From NCBI GenBank assembly GCA_039942715.1, contig JBDVBY010000011.1:9635-73634 (forward strand): a DNA stretch of 64,000 nt. The letters are read 5' to 3'. Source of the stretch: Paracoccaceae bacterium (GTDB lineage Bacteria > Pseudomonadota > Alphaproteobacteria > Rhodobacterales > Rhodobacteraceae). Below, piece after piece: positions 30,902-40,055 of this stretch. Within the stretch, counting starts at the first letter, position 1, and every line of letters begins with the position of its first letter. A program made the position numbers and the translations under genes. The notes beneath the pieces were generated by a model. It saw only the letters and a program-made list of their open reading frames with translations, was not told the DNA's origin and made no database searches.

Positions 30902-31891
30902 TCAACCAGATGGCGGCAAAAGACGCCGCGATAGGCCATCCATCGCTTGCACAAGCGCGGCACTAATCCCCGGCTCGCTAAGCGCATGTCCTGCTCGTGG
31001 AACGATTTTTAGCGTTGAGGTTGGCCAAGCCTGGTGCAAACGATAGGCCGCATCGGGTGGACAAATCATGTCGTAGCGACCCTGAACGATGGTTCCTCCA
31101 ATTTTAGCAAGCGATGAGACATTTGCCTCAATCCAACCGTCTTGGGCCAAAAATCCGGCGTTTGAGAAGTAGTGATTCTCTAAACGCGCAAACGCTCGCG
31201 CATATTCAGCTGGGCTGTCACCACCAGGGCCATCATTGCTAATTGACGCCAGAGTATTTTCCCAGCTGGCCCACGCCCGCGCGAACCGTGTTTCAGTTTT
31301 CTGATCGCCCGAAAACAGACGGCGGCGGTACGCCTCGATCAAATCATCGCGTTCATCTTCGGGTACAATGTCCACAAACCGACGCCAGACGTCCGGCCAA
31401 AACGCGCCGGCGCCCCCACCGTAAAACCACTTCAACTCAGCCTGAGTCATCAAAAAGACGCCGCGCAATACAAGATGAAGAACATGGTTTGGATGGCTTA
31501 TCGAATAGATCAGGCCAAGGGCAGCCCCCCAACTTCCACCAAAAACAATCCATTCCTTGATATTCAAGTGTTCGCGGATCATCTCGATGTCATGCACCAA
31601 ATGCCACGTTGTGTTGTTTTCGATGCTTGCATGAGGTCGCGAACGGCCACAGCCACGCTGATCAAACAGGATCACACGAAATACATCTGGATTGAAGTAT
31701 CGCCGCATCGCCGGGCTACATCCGCCACCCGGGCCACCATGCAAAACAACAACCGGAATCCCCTTGGGATTGCCGCATTGCTCGACATACACTCGGTGCC
31801 CATCACCAACATCCAACACCTGCTGATCAAATGGATCAATCGGCGGATAGAGAAACTGTGACGCACCCTTATTGGCTACGGGTCTGTCCAT
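30902..31891 (-). CDS. pip: prolyl aminopeptidase (proline iminopeptidase)
   Basis: The track ORF extends to 32017 and would overlap ubiG. ATG 31891 gives a product of about 329 aa with LYPPIDPFD...VVVLHGGPGGG...FDQRGCGRS...GGSWG, the Pip alpha/beta-hydrolase signature. Confidence 0.9.
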   Translation of the reverse strand: MDRPVANKGASQFLYPPIDPFDQQVLDVGDGHRVYVEQCGNPKGIPVVVLHGGPGGGCSPAMRRYFNPDVFRVILFDQRGCGRSRPHASIENNTTWHLVHDIEMIREHLNIKEWIVFGGSWGAALGLIYSISHPNHVLHLVLRGVFLMTQAELKWFYGGGAGAFWPDVWRRFVDIVPEDERDDLIEAYRRRLFSGDQKTETRFARAWASWENTLASISNDGPGGDSPAEYARAFARLENHYFSNAGFLAQDGWIEANVSSLAKIGGTIVQGRYDMICPPDAAYRLHQAWPTSTLKIVPRAGHALSEPGISAALVQAMDGLSRRLLPPSG

Positions 31892-31965
31892 TAGCGCTCT
31901 ATATAGGAAAGGACGGCGCGGATCACAGCGCTTTTTGAGATGGAATTCAAACAAAGGGGCCCCAA

Positions 31966-32709
31966 ATGGCGCTTCAATCAACGATCGACGCTTCCGAAGT
32001 CGAAAAGTTTCAGGCAATGGCGGCCGAATGGTGGGACCCGAATGGCAAATTCAAACCGCTGCATATGCTCAATCCCTGCCGTCTGGACTACATCACAAAC
32101 CAGATTGCAGCAGAGTTTGAGCGCGACTTGACGCAACCTGAGCCTTTTGCAGGTTTGCGCATCCTAGATATTGGATGCGGTGGAGGCTTGCTTAGCGAAC
32201 CAATGGCGCGTTTGGGCGCTGATGTTGTCGGCGCAGATGCCGCCGCACGGAACATTCCAGTTGCCCAAGTACACGCCCAAGAGCAGGGCCTGACCATTGA
32301 TTATCGCCATACATCTGCCGAAGCATTGGTTGACGATGGCGAACAGTTCGATGCGATCATGAATATGGAAGTGGTTGAGCACGTGGCCGACCCGCTTACG
32401 TTTCTGACGGCTTGCCAACAGCTCTTGAAGCCAGGCGGGTTAATGACCTGTTCGACGCTTAATCGAAACCCAAAAAGCTATGTCTTTGCCATTCTTGGTG
32501 CAGAACACATCATGCGCTGGCTGCCAAAGGGCACACATGAATGGTCAAAGTTCATCACCCCGGGTGAGCTTTTTGATCTGTTGCGTCAGGCTGGGATGGA
32601 TCCCGTCGACAAGACGGGCTTTGTGTTCAACCCCATTGGCTGGAATTGGAAATTGAGCGAGAGAGATTTGTCGGTGAATTACGTCACAACGTCGATCAAG
32701 CCGAATTAG
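31966..32709 (+). CDS. ubiG: bifunctional 3-demethylubiquinol 3-O-methyltransferase / 2-polyprenyl-6-hydroxyphenol methylase
   Basis: 247-aa ORF. Contains [46 protein letters not shown] and MEVVEHV. Confidence 0.93.
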   Translation: MALQSTIDASEVEKFQAMAAEWWDPNGKFKPLHMLNPCRLDYITNQIAAEFERDLTQPEPFAGLRILDIGCGGGLLSEPMARLGADVVGADAAARNIPVAQVHAQEQGLTIDYRHTSAEALVDDGEQFDAIMNMEVVEHVADPLTFLTACQQLLKPGGLMTCSTLNRNPKSYVFAILGAEHIMRWLPKGTHEWSKFITPGELFDLLRQAGMDPVDKTGFVFNPIGWNWKLSERDLSVNYVTTSIKPN

Positions 32710-33157
32710 ATGTTTCATCGAAGCGTTTTCGCACTTCGCGCAAGACCGGCAGGATCGAGCGCACGTTTTCGGTGCCAACCGCCTCGACCACACTGGCCAA
32801 GATCGGAGCGATAGATTCCAACGCTTGCACGCGAGCCTTACGTCCTGCGTGACTGATCGATACCTGCTTGCGCCGAGCATCATCCCAGTCGGGTCGTACA
32901 TGCACATAACCAGCCCACTCAAGCTTGCCGATTGTATTGGTCATTGCACCACGCGTAACGTGAAACGCTTTGGCAAGCTGCGCGGGCGAGCGCTCTTCAT
33001 TGCTGCGCGCCAAGTGGTTCAAAACAGAAAAGTGGCTTAGCTCCATGCCTTTTGGTAAAGCCTTGGCCAATTGCGCACGGGCCAACTGGTCCGCCATAAA
33101 CATCTCACTGAACAAAGCAATCGCCAGTGGGTCGGTTGGATCTGTACTGTCAGACAT
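32696..33157 (-). CDS. MarR-family transcriptional regulator
   Basis: 153-aa ORF with a winged-HTH region ([45 protein letters not shown]). Its ATG overlaps the stop of the upstream nitrilase-superfamily gene by 1 nt. Confidence 0.85.
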   Translation of the reverse strand: MSDSTDPTDPLAIALFSEMFMADQLARAQLAKALPKGMELSHFSVLNHLARSNEERSPAQLAKAFHVTRGAMTNTIGKLEWAGYVHVRPDWDDARRKQVSISHAGRKARVQALESIAPILASVVEAVGTENVRSILPVLREVRKRFDETSNSA

Positions 33158-33987
33158 TAGGCCTTTTGATAGTCACGTTCGTTTGCAAGGGACGGAAGCC
33201 GCCTGCGTACATCATCAACGTCCTCAAGCCTTAGATCAACCATGCTCACACCAGGTGCGACACCGCCGTCAGCCAAAACGCGCCCCCAAGGATCAATGGC
33301 AAGCGAATGACCATAGGTTTCGCGCGGCCGTCCTTTTGATACCGCATGACTTCCACATTGCGCAGGAGCCAAAACGAAACTTCCTGTTTCAATGGCACGG
33401 GCACGCAGCAAAACCTCCCAGTGCGCGGGGCCGGTTTCAGGTGAAAACGCAGCCGGAACCGTCATGATACGCGCACCAGACTTTGCGAGTCCGCGAAACA
33501 GGTAAGGAAAGCGCAGATCGTAACACACAGTCATGCCTAGCGGCGTGCCGGCGACCTCACTCAAGACCGCCCTTTTTCCCGGCTGATATCCGTCACTTTC
33601 GCGGTAAGTTTCGGTTTCAGACAGATTCACATCAAACATGTGAATTTTGTCATAGCGCGCAGCGATCGTCCCATCTGGCGCAATCAAAAAGGAACGATTG
33701 AAAAACCGCGGATCGTCTCCGTCTGATTTCAAGCCAAGGGATCCGATCAAAAGCCAAATGCCAAGATCTGCAGCCTGTATACGCAGGGCAGCAAGCGTTT
33801 CATCTTCTGCTTCCGGTCGCAAAACCTCATTCTGCCGACTGCGACTGTTGGACACGCAATTGGTAACTTCTGGCGTCAGAACAAAGCTTGCGCCCTGCGC
33901 AGCCGCGTCGGCGATAAAGCCCTGGACAACCGATCGGTTTGCGGATGGATCGTCCGAACTGGTCAGTTGAACAAGGCCAACGCGCAT
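33157..33987 (-). CDS. carbon-nitrogen hydrolase (nitrilase superfamily, Nit-like)
   Basis: 276-aa ORF. Shows the catalytic E-K-C pattern (VLTPEV..., YDKIHMFD, GMTVCYDLRFP). Confidence 0.88.
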   Translation of the reverse strand: MRVGLVQLTSSDDPSANRSVVQGFIADAAAQGASFVLTPEVTNCVSNSRSRQNEVLRPEAEDETLAALRIQAADLGIWLLIGSLGLKSDGDDPRFFNRSFLIAPDGTIAARYDKIHMFDVNLSETETYRESDGYQPGKRAVLSEVAGTPLGMTVCYDLRFPYLFRGLAKSGARIMTVPAAFSPETGPAHWEVLLRARAIETGSFVLAPAQCGSHAVSKGRPRETYGHSLAIDPWGRVLADGGVAPGVSMVDLRLEDVDDVRRRLPSLANERDYQKA

Positions 33988-34245
33988 CTAAGCCGCCAAA
34001 AGCGGATCAAGCTTCCCCGCTCGCTCAAGCGCATAAAGATCATCGCAGCCACCGATGTGTTTCCCATCAATGAAAATCTGCGGAACTGTATGACGCCCAT
34101 TTGCCCGGCTCATCATTTCCTGACGCTTGTCGGGCTGACGCATCACGTCAATTTCAGAAAAACTAGCATCCTTATCGGTAAGCAAACGCTTGGCCGAATG
34201 GCAAAAGCCACAAAGGGGAGAGGTGTAAATTTCGATATTGGCCAT
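33988..34245 (-). CDS. grxC: glutaredoxin 3
   Basis: The track ORF extends to 34356. ATG 34245 gives an 85-aa product, MANIEIYTSPLCGFCHSAKRLL...TVPQIFIDGKHIGGCDDL, with the CGFC active site. Confidence 0.92.
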   Translation of the reverse strand: MANIEIYTSPLCGFCHSAKRLLTDKDASFSEIDVMRQPDKRQEMMSRANGRHTVPQIFIDGKHIGGCDDLYALERAGKLDPLLAA

Positions 34246-34277
34246 TGGCTCTAACCTTAAAGTTCTGGCCTCCATAC

Positions 34278-35000
34278 CTAGGGTGTCTTTGCGACCCGCG
34301 CCAGAACCATAACAAAAACCTGATCTGCCCCCGCATTTAGGGCTGCTTCTGTACAAGCTGTAAGGGTTGAACCAGACGTCATGACATCGTCAATCAGGCA
34401 GATTCTACGCCCTTCAAGAGACTGAAAACGCTTAGGATTTGCAATTATTGCACCCTGCATGTTCATCTGTCTTTCTGCAACGGTCATCCCGTTTTGCAGG
34501 GCTGTTCTTTTGCTTCGTAAAAGCGCGTCCTGACACGCCGTTAGCCCAGTCAGCTTAGAAAGTGACCGCGAAATTTCTGCCGATTGGTTGTATCTGCGGC
34601 TTAACAAGCGACTCCAATGCACTGGAACCGGCACCAATACCGTGCCCTCTGCCAATATATCACGGCCTGCATGTTGCAACCAAAGCGCAGCCGACTTTGC
34701 TAGGTCAGTACGGTCGCCGTGTTTCAGCGATAGAATTATCCTCCGTCCATGGCCTTCGTATAAAAACGCGGCACGGCCGGCATCCCACGGCCGCGGTGTC
34801 GACAAGCACTTGTCACAATGAGCGCACCCTCTTTCGGAACCGGGCAGCGGAGCACCACAGGCATCACAGGCAAGTCCACTGATAAATGGAGTCTCGCGCC
34901 AGCACGCGCCACAAAGGCCACCTTCCTCGTCAACTTGTGCAGCGCAAAGCACACATTGAGTTGGGTAAACAATGGATAAGGCGCGTTGCAATCCCAGCAT
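34278..35000 (-). CDS. ComF-family phosphoribosyltransferase-domain protein
   Basis: 240-aa ORF. N-terminal Cys-rich zinc-ribbon pattern (CVLCAAQ...CGACW...CDACGAPL...CAHCDKC) and C-terminal PRTase motif (ICLIDDVMTSGSTL). Confidence 0.85.
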   Translation of the reverse strand: MLGLQRALSIVYPTQCVLCAAQVDEEGGLCGACWRETPFISGLACDACGAPLPGSERGCAHCDKCLSTPRPWDAGRAAFLYEGHGRRIILSLKHGDRTDLAKSAALWLQHAGRDILAEGTVLVPVPVHWSRLLSRRYNQSAEISRSLSKLTGLTACQDALLRSKRTALQNGMTVAERQMNMQGAIIANPKRFQSLEGRRICLIDDVMTSGSTLTACTEAALNAGADQVFVMVLARVAKTP

Positions 35001-35022
35001 TGAAGCTTACCTTCCCGCCGAC

Positions 35023-35862
35023 ATGTCCGGCATAAAACGACTCACTGACCGTCCTGCTCTGCTGCGCAACCGTTCGCGGGCGCGCACCGAAGCACTGTTT
35101 CTGCATCGCGAAGCGGCAGATGAAATTGCAGAAAGGCTGGACGAGGTTAACAAAACGTTCACATCACCTGTTCTTGTGGGTCATGTGACCCAAGCGATGG
35201 TGCAAAAGTTCCCTAAAGCAGTCACTATTTCAGATGATGAGCGACTGTCACTAGAACCGGCAAAGCATGATCTTGTCGTTCACGCGCTTGGTCTTCATTG
35301 GGCCGATGATCCAATCGGTCAAATGGTACAATCGCGACTGGCTTTGGTGCCAGATGGGCTTTTCATCGGCGTGATGTTCGGCGGCGATACGTTGAACGAG
35401 TTGCGCACTGCGTTGGCCGAAGCAGAGGTCAAGCTGACCGGCGGTCTTTCACCACGCGTGGTACCTATGGCAGACATGCGTGATCTTGGCGGACTCTTGC
35501 AACGTGCTGGATTTGCATTGCCGGTCGCTGACAGTCGCAAAATCACTGTGCGATATCCTAGCATGACCGCCTTGATACAGGATTTGCGCGGCATGGGGGA
35601 GACAAACGCGCTTATCGACAGACGTAAAACAGTTCCCCAACGTGCGCTATTTGCAGAAACCGAGACGGTCTATGCAAAACACTTTGCTGATGCCGAAGGC
35701 TATCTTCAGGCCACGTTTGAACTTGTGTATTTGACTGGTTGGTCGCCTTCGGAAAATCAACAAAAACCACTGCAACCTGGCAGCGCACAGGCACGCTTTG
35801 CCGAAGCACTTGGTGTTGAAGAAAAGCCGTCAGGCGATCAAGTCACACCTCCAAAGCGTTGA
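35023..35862 (+). CDS. class I methyltransferase-fold protein (NDUFAF5/BioC-like)
   Basis: ATG 35023 is preferred over track start 34972, which would overlap comF. Contains DLVVHALGLHWADDP and LVPDGLFIGVMFGGDTLNELR blocks. The glycine-rich motif I looks degenerate (PVLVGHVTQ). Confidence 0.7.
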   Translation: MSGIKRLTDRPALLRNRSRARTEALFLHREAADEIAERLDEVNKTFTSPVLVGHVTQAMVQKFPKAVTISDDERLSLEPAKHDLVVHALGLHWADDPIGQMVQSRLALVPDGLFIGVMFGGDTLNELRTALAEAEVKLTGGLSPRVVPMADMRDLGGLLQRAGFALPVADSRKITVRYPSMTALIQDLRGMGETNALIDRRKTVPQRALFAETETVYAKHFADAEGYLQATFELVYLTGWSPSENQQKPLQPGSAQARFAEALGVEEKPSGDQVTPPKR

Positions 35863-35925
35863 CGCGCGCGCAGTGCGGATTATTTCTCCGCACTAGAAGA
35901 CATTTCGACAAGGACACAGTAAAGC

Positions 35926-37005
35926 ATGCTGGACCGCGATTCAGGAGAGGTTGCGTTGGAAGACACAAGCCAGGCCATTTCACATCTGCCCGCTGATCAC
36001 CCGCCTGTTCAGCGCGAAAAGGTTGGCATTTTGGTTGCGAACCTTGGCACACCTGACGGCTATGATTACTGGTCGATGCGCCGGTACCTGAACGAGTTTC
36101 TCTCAGATCGCCGCGTCATCGATTACAGCCCGTTCCTTTGGCAGCCACTACTGCAGCTTGTGATTCTGACAAAACGTCCTTTCACGTCGGGTGCAGCTTA
36201 TAAGTCGATTTGGAACGAAGAAGATGGCGAAAGCCCATTGATGACGATCACAAAGGCGCAGACAAAAAAAATCAAAGAGCAGATGGCAAGTCGCTATCGT
36301 GATGATGTCGTCGTCGATTTTTGTATGCGCTATGGCAACCCGTCGACCAAATCGAAAGTGCGTGAAATGATTGATCAGGGGTGCCGCAAAATCCTGTTCT
36401 TTCCGCTGTATCCTCAATATGCCGGGGCGACTTCAGCGACTGCAAATGATCAGTTTTTCCGGGTTCTAACTGAGGAAAAGTGGCAACCTCCCGCAAGGAC
36501 AGTGCCCGCATACTTCGACCGTCCGTCTTATATTGATGCGCTGGCAAAATCTGTCGAATCTGCTTACGCCAAGTTGGACAGGGAGCCCGATATTTTGGTG
36601 TGCTCCTATCATGGCGTGCCGCAGCGCTATTTGATGGAGGGCGATCCGTACCACTGTCAGTGCCAGAAAACGACGCGTCTGTTGAAAGAGCGTCTAGGTT
36701 GGGATGACAGCAAGATCAAAACGACCTTCCAGTCAAAGTTTGGACCCGAAGATTGGCTTCAACCCTATACGGTGGAAGAAGTAGCGCGATTGGCTGAGGG
36801 CGGTCAAAAGAATATCGCCGTCATAGCCCCTGCGTTCTCAGCCGATTGCATCGAAACGCTCGAAGAGATCAACGAAGAGATATTTGAGAGCTTTGAAGAG
36901 GCTGGTGGCGAGAAATTCACCTATATCCCATGCCTTAACGATGACGACGCTCATATCGATGCGTTGTGCGAAACGATTAGCGAAAATTTGCAGGGCTGGC
37001 TGTAA
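35926..37005 (+). CDS. hemH: ferrochelatase
   Basis: 359-aa ORF. Contains VGILVANLGTPD, YLNEFLSDRRVI, FFPLYPQYAGATS and SYHGVP motifs. Confidence 0.95.
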   Translation: MLDRDSGEVALEDTSQAISHLPADHPPVQREKVGILVANLGTPDGYDYWSMRRYLNEFLSDRRVIDYSPFLWQPLLQLVILTKRPFTSGAAYKSIWNEEDGESPLMTITKAQTKKIKEQMASRYRDDVVVDFCMRYGNPSTKSKVREMIDQGCRKILFFPLYPQYAGATSATANDQFFRVLTEEKWQPPARTVPAYFDRPSYIDALAKSVESAYAKLDREPDILVCSYHGVPQRYLMEGDPYHCQCQKTTRLLKERLGWDDSKIKTTFQSKFGPEDWLQPYTVEEVARLAEGGQKNIAVIAPAFSADCIETLEEINEEIFESFEEAGGEKFTYIPCLNDDDAHIDALCETISENLQGWL

Positions 37006-37025
37006 GACCAGCCCTGAAAGCTGTC

Positions 37026-37616
37026 TTAAATGACCAGAACCTGCGTGCCGACCTGAGTCATCGCATAAAGCTCCGAGATATTGTTGTTGTAAAGACCGAT
37101 ACAACCATTCGAAGACCGACGGCCAATCTTGCGCGTGTCGTGCGTACCGTGGATGCGATAATACGTCCAACTTAGGTGCAAAGCGTGGGTTCCCAGCGGG
37201 TTGTCCGGACCGGGGCCAACGAAGTCAGGCCAGTCAGGATTACGCTTTTTCATCGATGGTGTAGGGCGCCAAGATGGCCCTTCGACCTTTTTGATGATCC
37301 GAGTACGACCACGACGCGTCAGCTCCTCCGAAATCGGAACGCTTGTAGGGAACAGGCGATAGGTGCGCTGATCTGCGCTCCAAAAGTGAAGCGCGCGCGA
37401 GCTTAGGTCGACAAGCACCGCTCCATTGCGTGTGTTGCTAAAATACGGCTGCCAATCAAGCGCGCGAAAGCTTGATGCGTTGCGTCGCACCGAGCTACTG
37501 ATACTGCCACGAAATTCGGTGCTGTCGGCAGTCTGCGCGAGTGCGGGAGCGGCAAGAAATGTTGCGGATCCAGCAATAAAACCACGTCGTGCCAACTTGT
37601 CATTCGTCTGAGACAT
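37026..37616 (-). CDS. L,D-transpeptidase (YkuD domain), Tat-type signal
   Basis: The N-terminus ARRGFIAGSATFLAAPALA has a twin-arginine-like signal. The C-terminal catalytic block is YRIHGTHDTRKIGRRSSNGCIGL. Confidence 0.88.
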   Translation of the reverse strand: MSQTNDKLARRGFIAGSATFLAAPALAQTADSTEFRGSISSSVRRNASSFRALDWQPYFSNTRNGAVLVDLSSRALHFWSADQRTYRLFPTSVPISEELTRRGRTRIIKKVEGPSWRPTPSMKKRNPDWPDFVGPGPDNPLGTHALHLSWTYYRIHGTHDTRKIGRRSSNGCIGLYNNNISELYAMTQVGTQVLVI

Positions 37617-37659
37617 GAAGCCTCCATTTGGGGATTGAAAATCGAATCGAACATAGAAA

Positions 37660-37674
37660 GAAGTGCCGCACTTC
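37660..37674. promoter_or_regulatory. 15-bp perfect palindrome in the divergent ldt / CAP promoter region (candidate operator)
   Basis: GAAGTGC-c-GCACTTC, with 7-bp arms around one central nucleotide. It lies 44 nt upstream of the ldt ATG (37616) and 84 nt upstream of the CAP ATG (37758). Confidence 0.3.
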
Positions 37675-37757
37675 GCAAATCAAAGAAGCGTTAGATTGCC
37701 GAATTCCCCGTAGTTGCGTTTGAATCAGCAACAGCTTGCCTGTAAGGCTTCAAGAAA

Positions 37758-38315
37758 ATGACAATATGGCAGGCCCCGATGCTGAAATCACTTCTAACTC
37801 TTTTCGTTTTTGCGACCGTTCTTGCCGCATGCTCAACACCAGAGCCAAAATTTGGACCAGACGGGCGCCCTTTGCCGCAAGTTTATCGCCTGAGCGACAG
37901 TGATGCAGCAAAGGTCCAGTTTCGAATGCTGGAAGGCATTAACACATTGCGAGAGGCACGTGGTGCACAACCTGTTGAAATATCTGCCGTTTTAACTGCC
38001 GCGGCAAAGACCCACTCGCGCGATATGTCAGTTCAAAACCGCCCCTGGCACTTTGGGTCTGACGGCTCCAGCCCAATTGAACGCGCCTCTCGCGCTGGCT
38101 ACTCCGGTCGGTTGCTGGGCGAAAATATCTCGGAAACCTTTGAGACCGAGCTGGAAACGCTGTCAGCTTGGATGGAGGCCAATGAAACGCGCGAAGTGAT
38201 TCTTGATAGCCGCGCCCGCGACATGGGATTTTCGTGGTATCAAGAACCCACTGGCAAAATCTGGTGGACGCTTTTGATTGGCCAGCCCGGCGGTGGAGCT
38301 CCCGGCGGCGTTTAA
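37758..38315 (+). CDS. CAP/SCP-like domain lipoprotein
   Basis: Lipobox LAACS after a hydrophobic leader. An alternative start is ATG 37779 (MLKSLL...). Has a CAP-domain core (AAKTHSRDMSVQNRPWHFGSDGSSP...). Confidence 0.75.
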   Translation: MTIWQAPMLKSLLTLFVFATVLAACSTPEPKFGPDGRPLPQVYRLSDSDAAKVQFRMLEGINTLREARGAQPVEISAVLTAAAKTHSRDMSVQNRPWHFGSDGSSPIERASRAGYSGRLLGENISETFETELETLSAWMEANETREVILDSRARDMGFSWYQEPTGKIWWTLLIGQPGGGAPGGV

Positions 38316-38813
38316 TCAGCGATGGATCGCAATTGGCGTTCCATCTTTCACCATTGCGTAAATCTCTTCCATTTCATCGTTTGTCACGGCAATGCAGCCC
38401 CAAGTCCAATCACGGATCAGGAAGCTTGTAGGGTTGCCCCGCCCATGAATAAAAATGTCTCCACCTGGTGATTTTCCTAAAGCTTTGGCCTGCGCAATGT
38501 CATGTTTTCTTGGATAATCAAGGCCAAGCGATAGATGAAACTGGCTGTTGGGGTTGCGTCTATCAATTGTGTAAAGACCTTCTGGCGTGCGCCCATCGCC
38601 TTCAACCGTTTTGTCGCCTGTTGGCGCAAAGCCAAGATCGATCACATAAGACCGCAAAACGCGTTTGCCATTTAGCAAATACATGCGCCGCATCTCTTTA
38701 TAAACAACCACGCGGGTCACTTCAGGCCCGTTGTAGCCTCTGAATTTCGACGAACAGCCGACAAGCGTCATCAACAGACCAACGGCCAGTGCAATTTTCA
38801 AAAATGTGCGCAT
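38316..38813 (-). CDS. L,D-transpeptidase-family lipoprotein (YkuD domain)
   Basis: Lipobox LVGCSS. Has the YkuD catalytic block IFIHGRGNPTSFLIRDWTWGCIAV. Its stop abuts the stop of the convergent CAP gene with zero spacer. Confidence 0.85.
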   Translation of the reverse strand: MRTFLKIALAVGLLMTLVGCSSKFRGYNGPEVTRVVVYKEMRRMYLLNGKRVLRSYVIDLGFAPTGDKTVEGDGRTPEGLYTIDRRNPNSQFHLSLGLDYPRKHDIAQAKALGKSPGGDIFIHGRGNPTSFLIRDWTWGCIAVTNDEMEEIYAMVKDGTPIAIHR

Positions 38814-38855
38814 TTTTATGCTCTTTTTCTCTGCCTCAACACGAACTTACACAAC

Positions 38856-40055
38856 TTAGCGCTTAAACAAAGCCACAACTTCAACGTGGGTGGACCATCG
38901 AAACTGATCCACAACATCCAACCACTCCATTTTGTACCCGGCCTTGGTTAACAAAGCTGCATCACGCGCGAATGTCACCGGGTTGCAGGACACAAACGCG
39001 ATGCGCTGAATTTCAGATTGGCAAATCTCTACGATTTGCGCTTCTGCACCTGCACGCGGTGGATCGATGACAGCGCCCGCAAAGCGATCCAGCTCATCTG
39101 GCAAAAGAGGGCGGCGAAAAAGATCGCGCGTTTCAGTTGTGATGTCGCGCAAGCCAGTTGAGTGCCGCCAGCTTTCATCAAGTGCGGCAAGCATATCGCC
39201 GTCACTTTCCACCGCGTGAACTGCAGCAAACTTAGCAAGCGGCGCCGCAAATGTACCGCAGCCTGCAAATAGATCAACAATTGGGCCACTGTCGTCCAAG
39301 GCCTCTTCAACAGCTGCTAAAAGCGCCCACTGACCTTCCTCAGTGGCTTGCAAAAAAGCGCCAGGAGGCGGCGATACTTGTGATGTTCCAAGCGAAATCA
39401 TCGGCTTGCGCTTTGTGATCACAGGTTCACCGTCCCACGAAATACGGGCGAAATCGTAGATCGCAAGCAAAGCGTTGATCTCTCGATCAATCGGTTTTCC
39501 GCCTGTAATCGCCAAATCAATTCCGGCAAGCGTGTCTGTCACTGTTAGCCGCATTTCCCCTTTACGACTGCCCGTTTTGGCGACGATATCTGCCAACTGT
39601 GGAATGGCGTCCAACAAACTCTGACGCACCAACTGACACTCGGGGACTTCGCGGATTAAAGCGCTGCTTGGCGCATGAAAGCCAATGCTGGCCCCAGATT
39701 TAGTGCGTCTTCCAGTAAAGGTCGCGCGCCTGCGAGAGCTTGGAGGAGACGTGTGAAGGCGGCGGATTGGTGCATCAAGGCCATGTGCAGCTAAAGCAGA
39801 GAGTACGATGTCTTGCTTCCAATGCGCAACGAACGCGTCAGAGGCATGTTGAAGTGCACAACCGCCACATCCTTTGAAATGCTTGCAAGGTGCGGCGACA
39901 CGATCCGTCGATGGCTTTGTAATCCGAACATTTGAAAGTCTGTCATTGGCCAATTCACCGTCAACGACTTCGCCTGGCAAAGTGCGCGCGGCATAAACCG
40001 GCCCGTCCGCAATGCCATCTCCATGCAGACCCAAGCGCTCGATCATATATGCCAT
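38856..40055 (-). CDS. class I SAM-dependent RNA (uracil-5) methyltransferase, RumA/TrmA family
   Basis: 399-aa ORF. Has an Fe-S Cys cluster (CKHFKGCGGCALQH), the SAM motif DLFAGCGTF, and DPPRAG...VSCNP catalytic blocks. Confidence 0.85.
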   Translation of the reverse strand: MAYMIERLGLHGDGIADGPVYAARTLPGEVVDGELANDRLSNVRITKPSTDRVAAPCKHFKGCGGCALQHASDAFVAHWKQDIVLSALAAHGLDAPIRRLHTSPPSSRRRATFTGRRTKSGASIGFHAPSSALIREVPECQLVRQSLLDAIPQLADIVAKTGSRKGEMRLTVTDTLAGIDLAITGGKPIDREINALLAIYDFARISWDGEPVITKRKPMISLGTSQVSPPPGAFLQATEEGQWALLAAVEEALDDSGPIVDLFAGCGTFAAPLAKFAAVHAVESDGDMLAALDESWRHSTGLRDITTETRDLFRRPLLPDELDRFAGAVIDPPRAGAEAQIVEICQSEIQRIAFVSCNPVTFARDAALLTKAGYKMEWLDVVDQFRWSTHVEVVALFKR

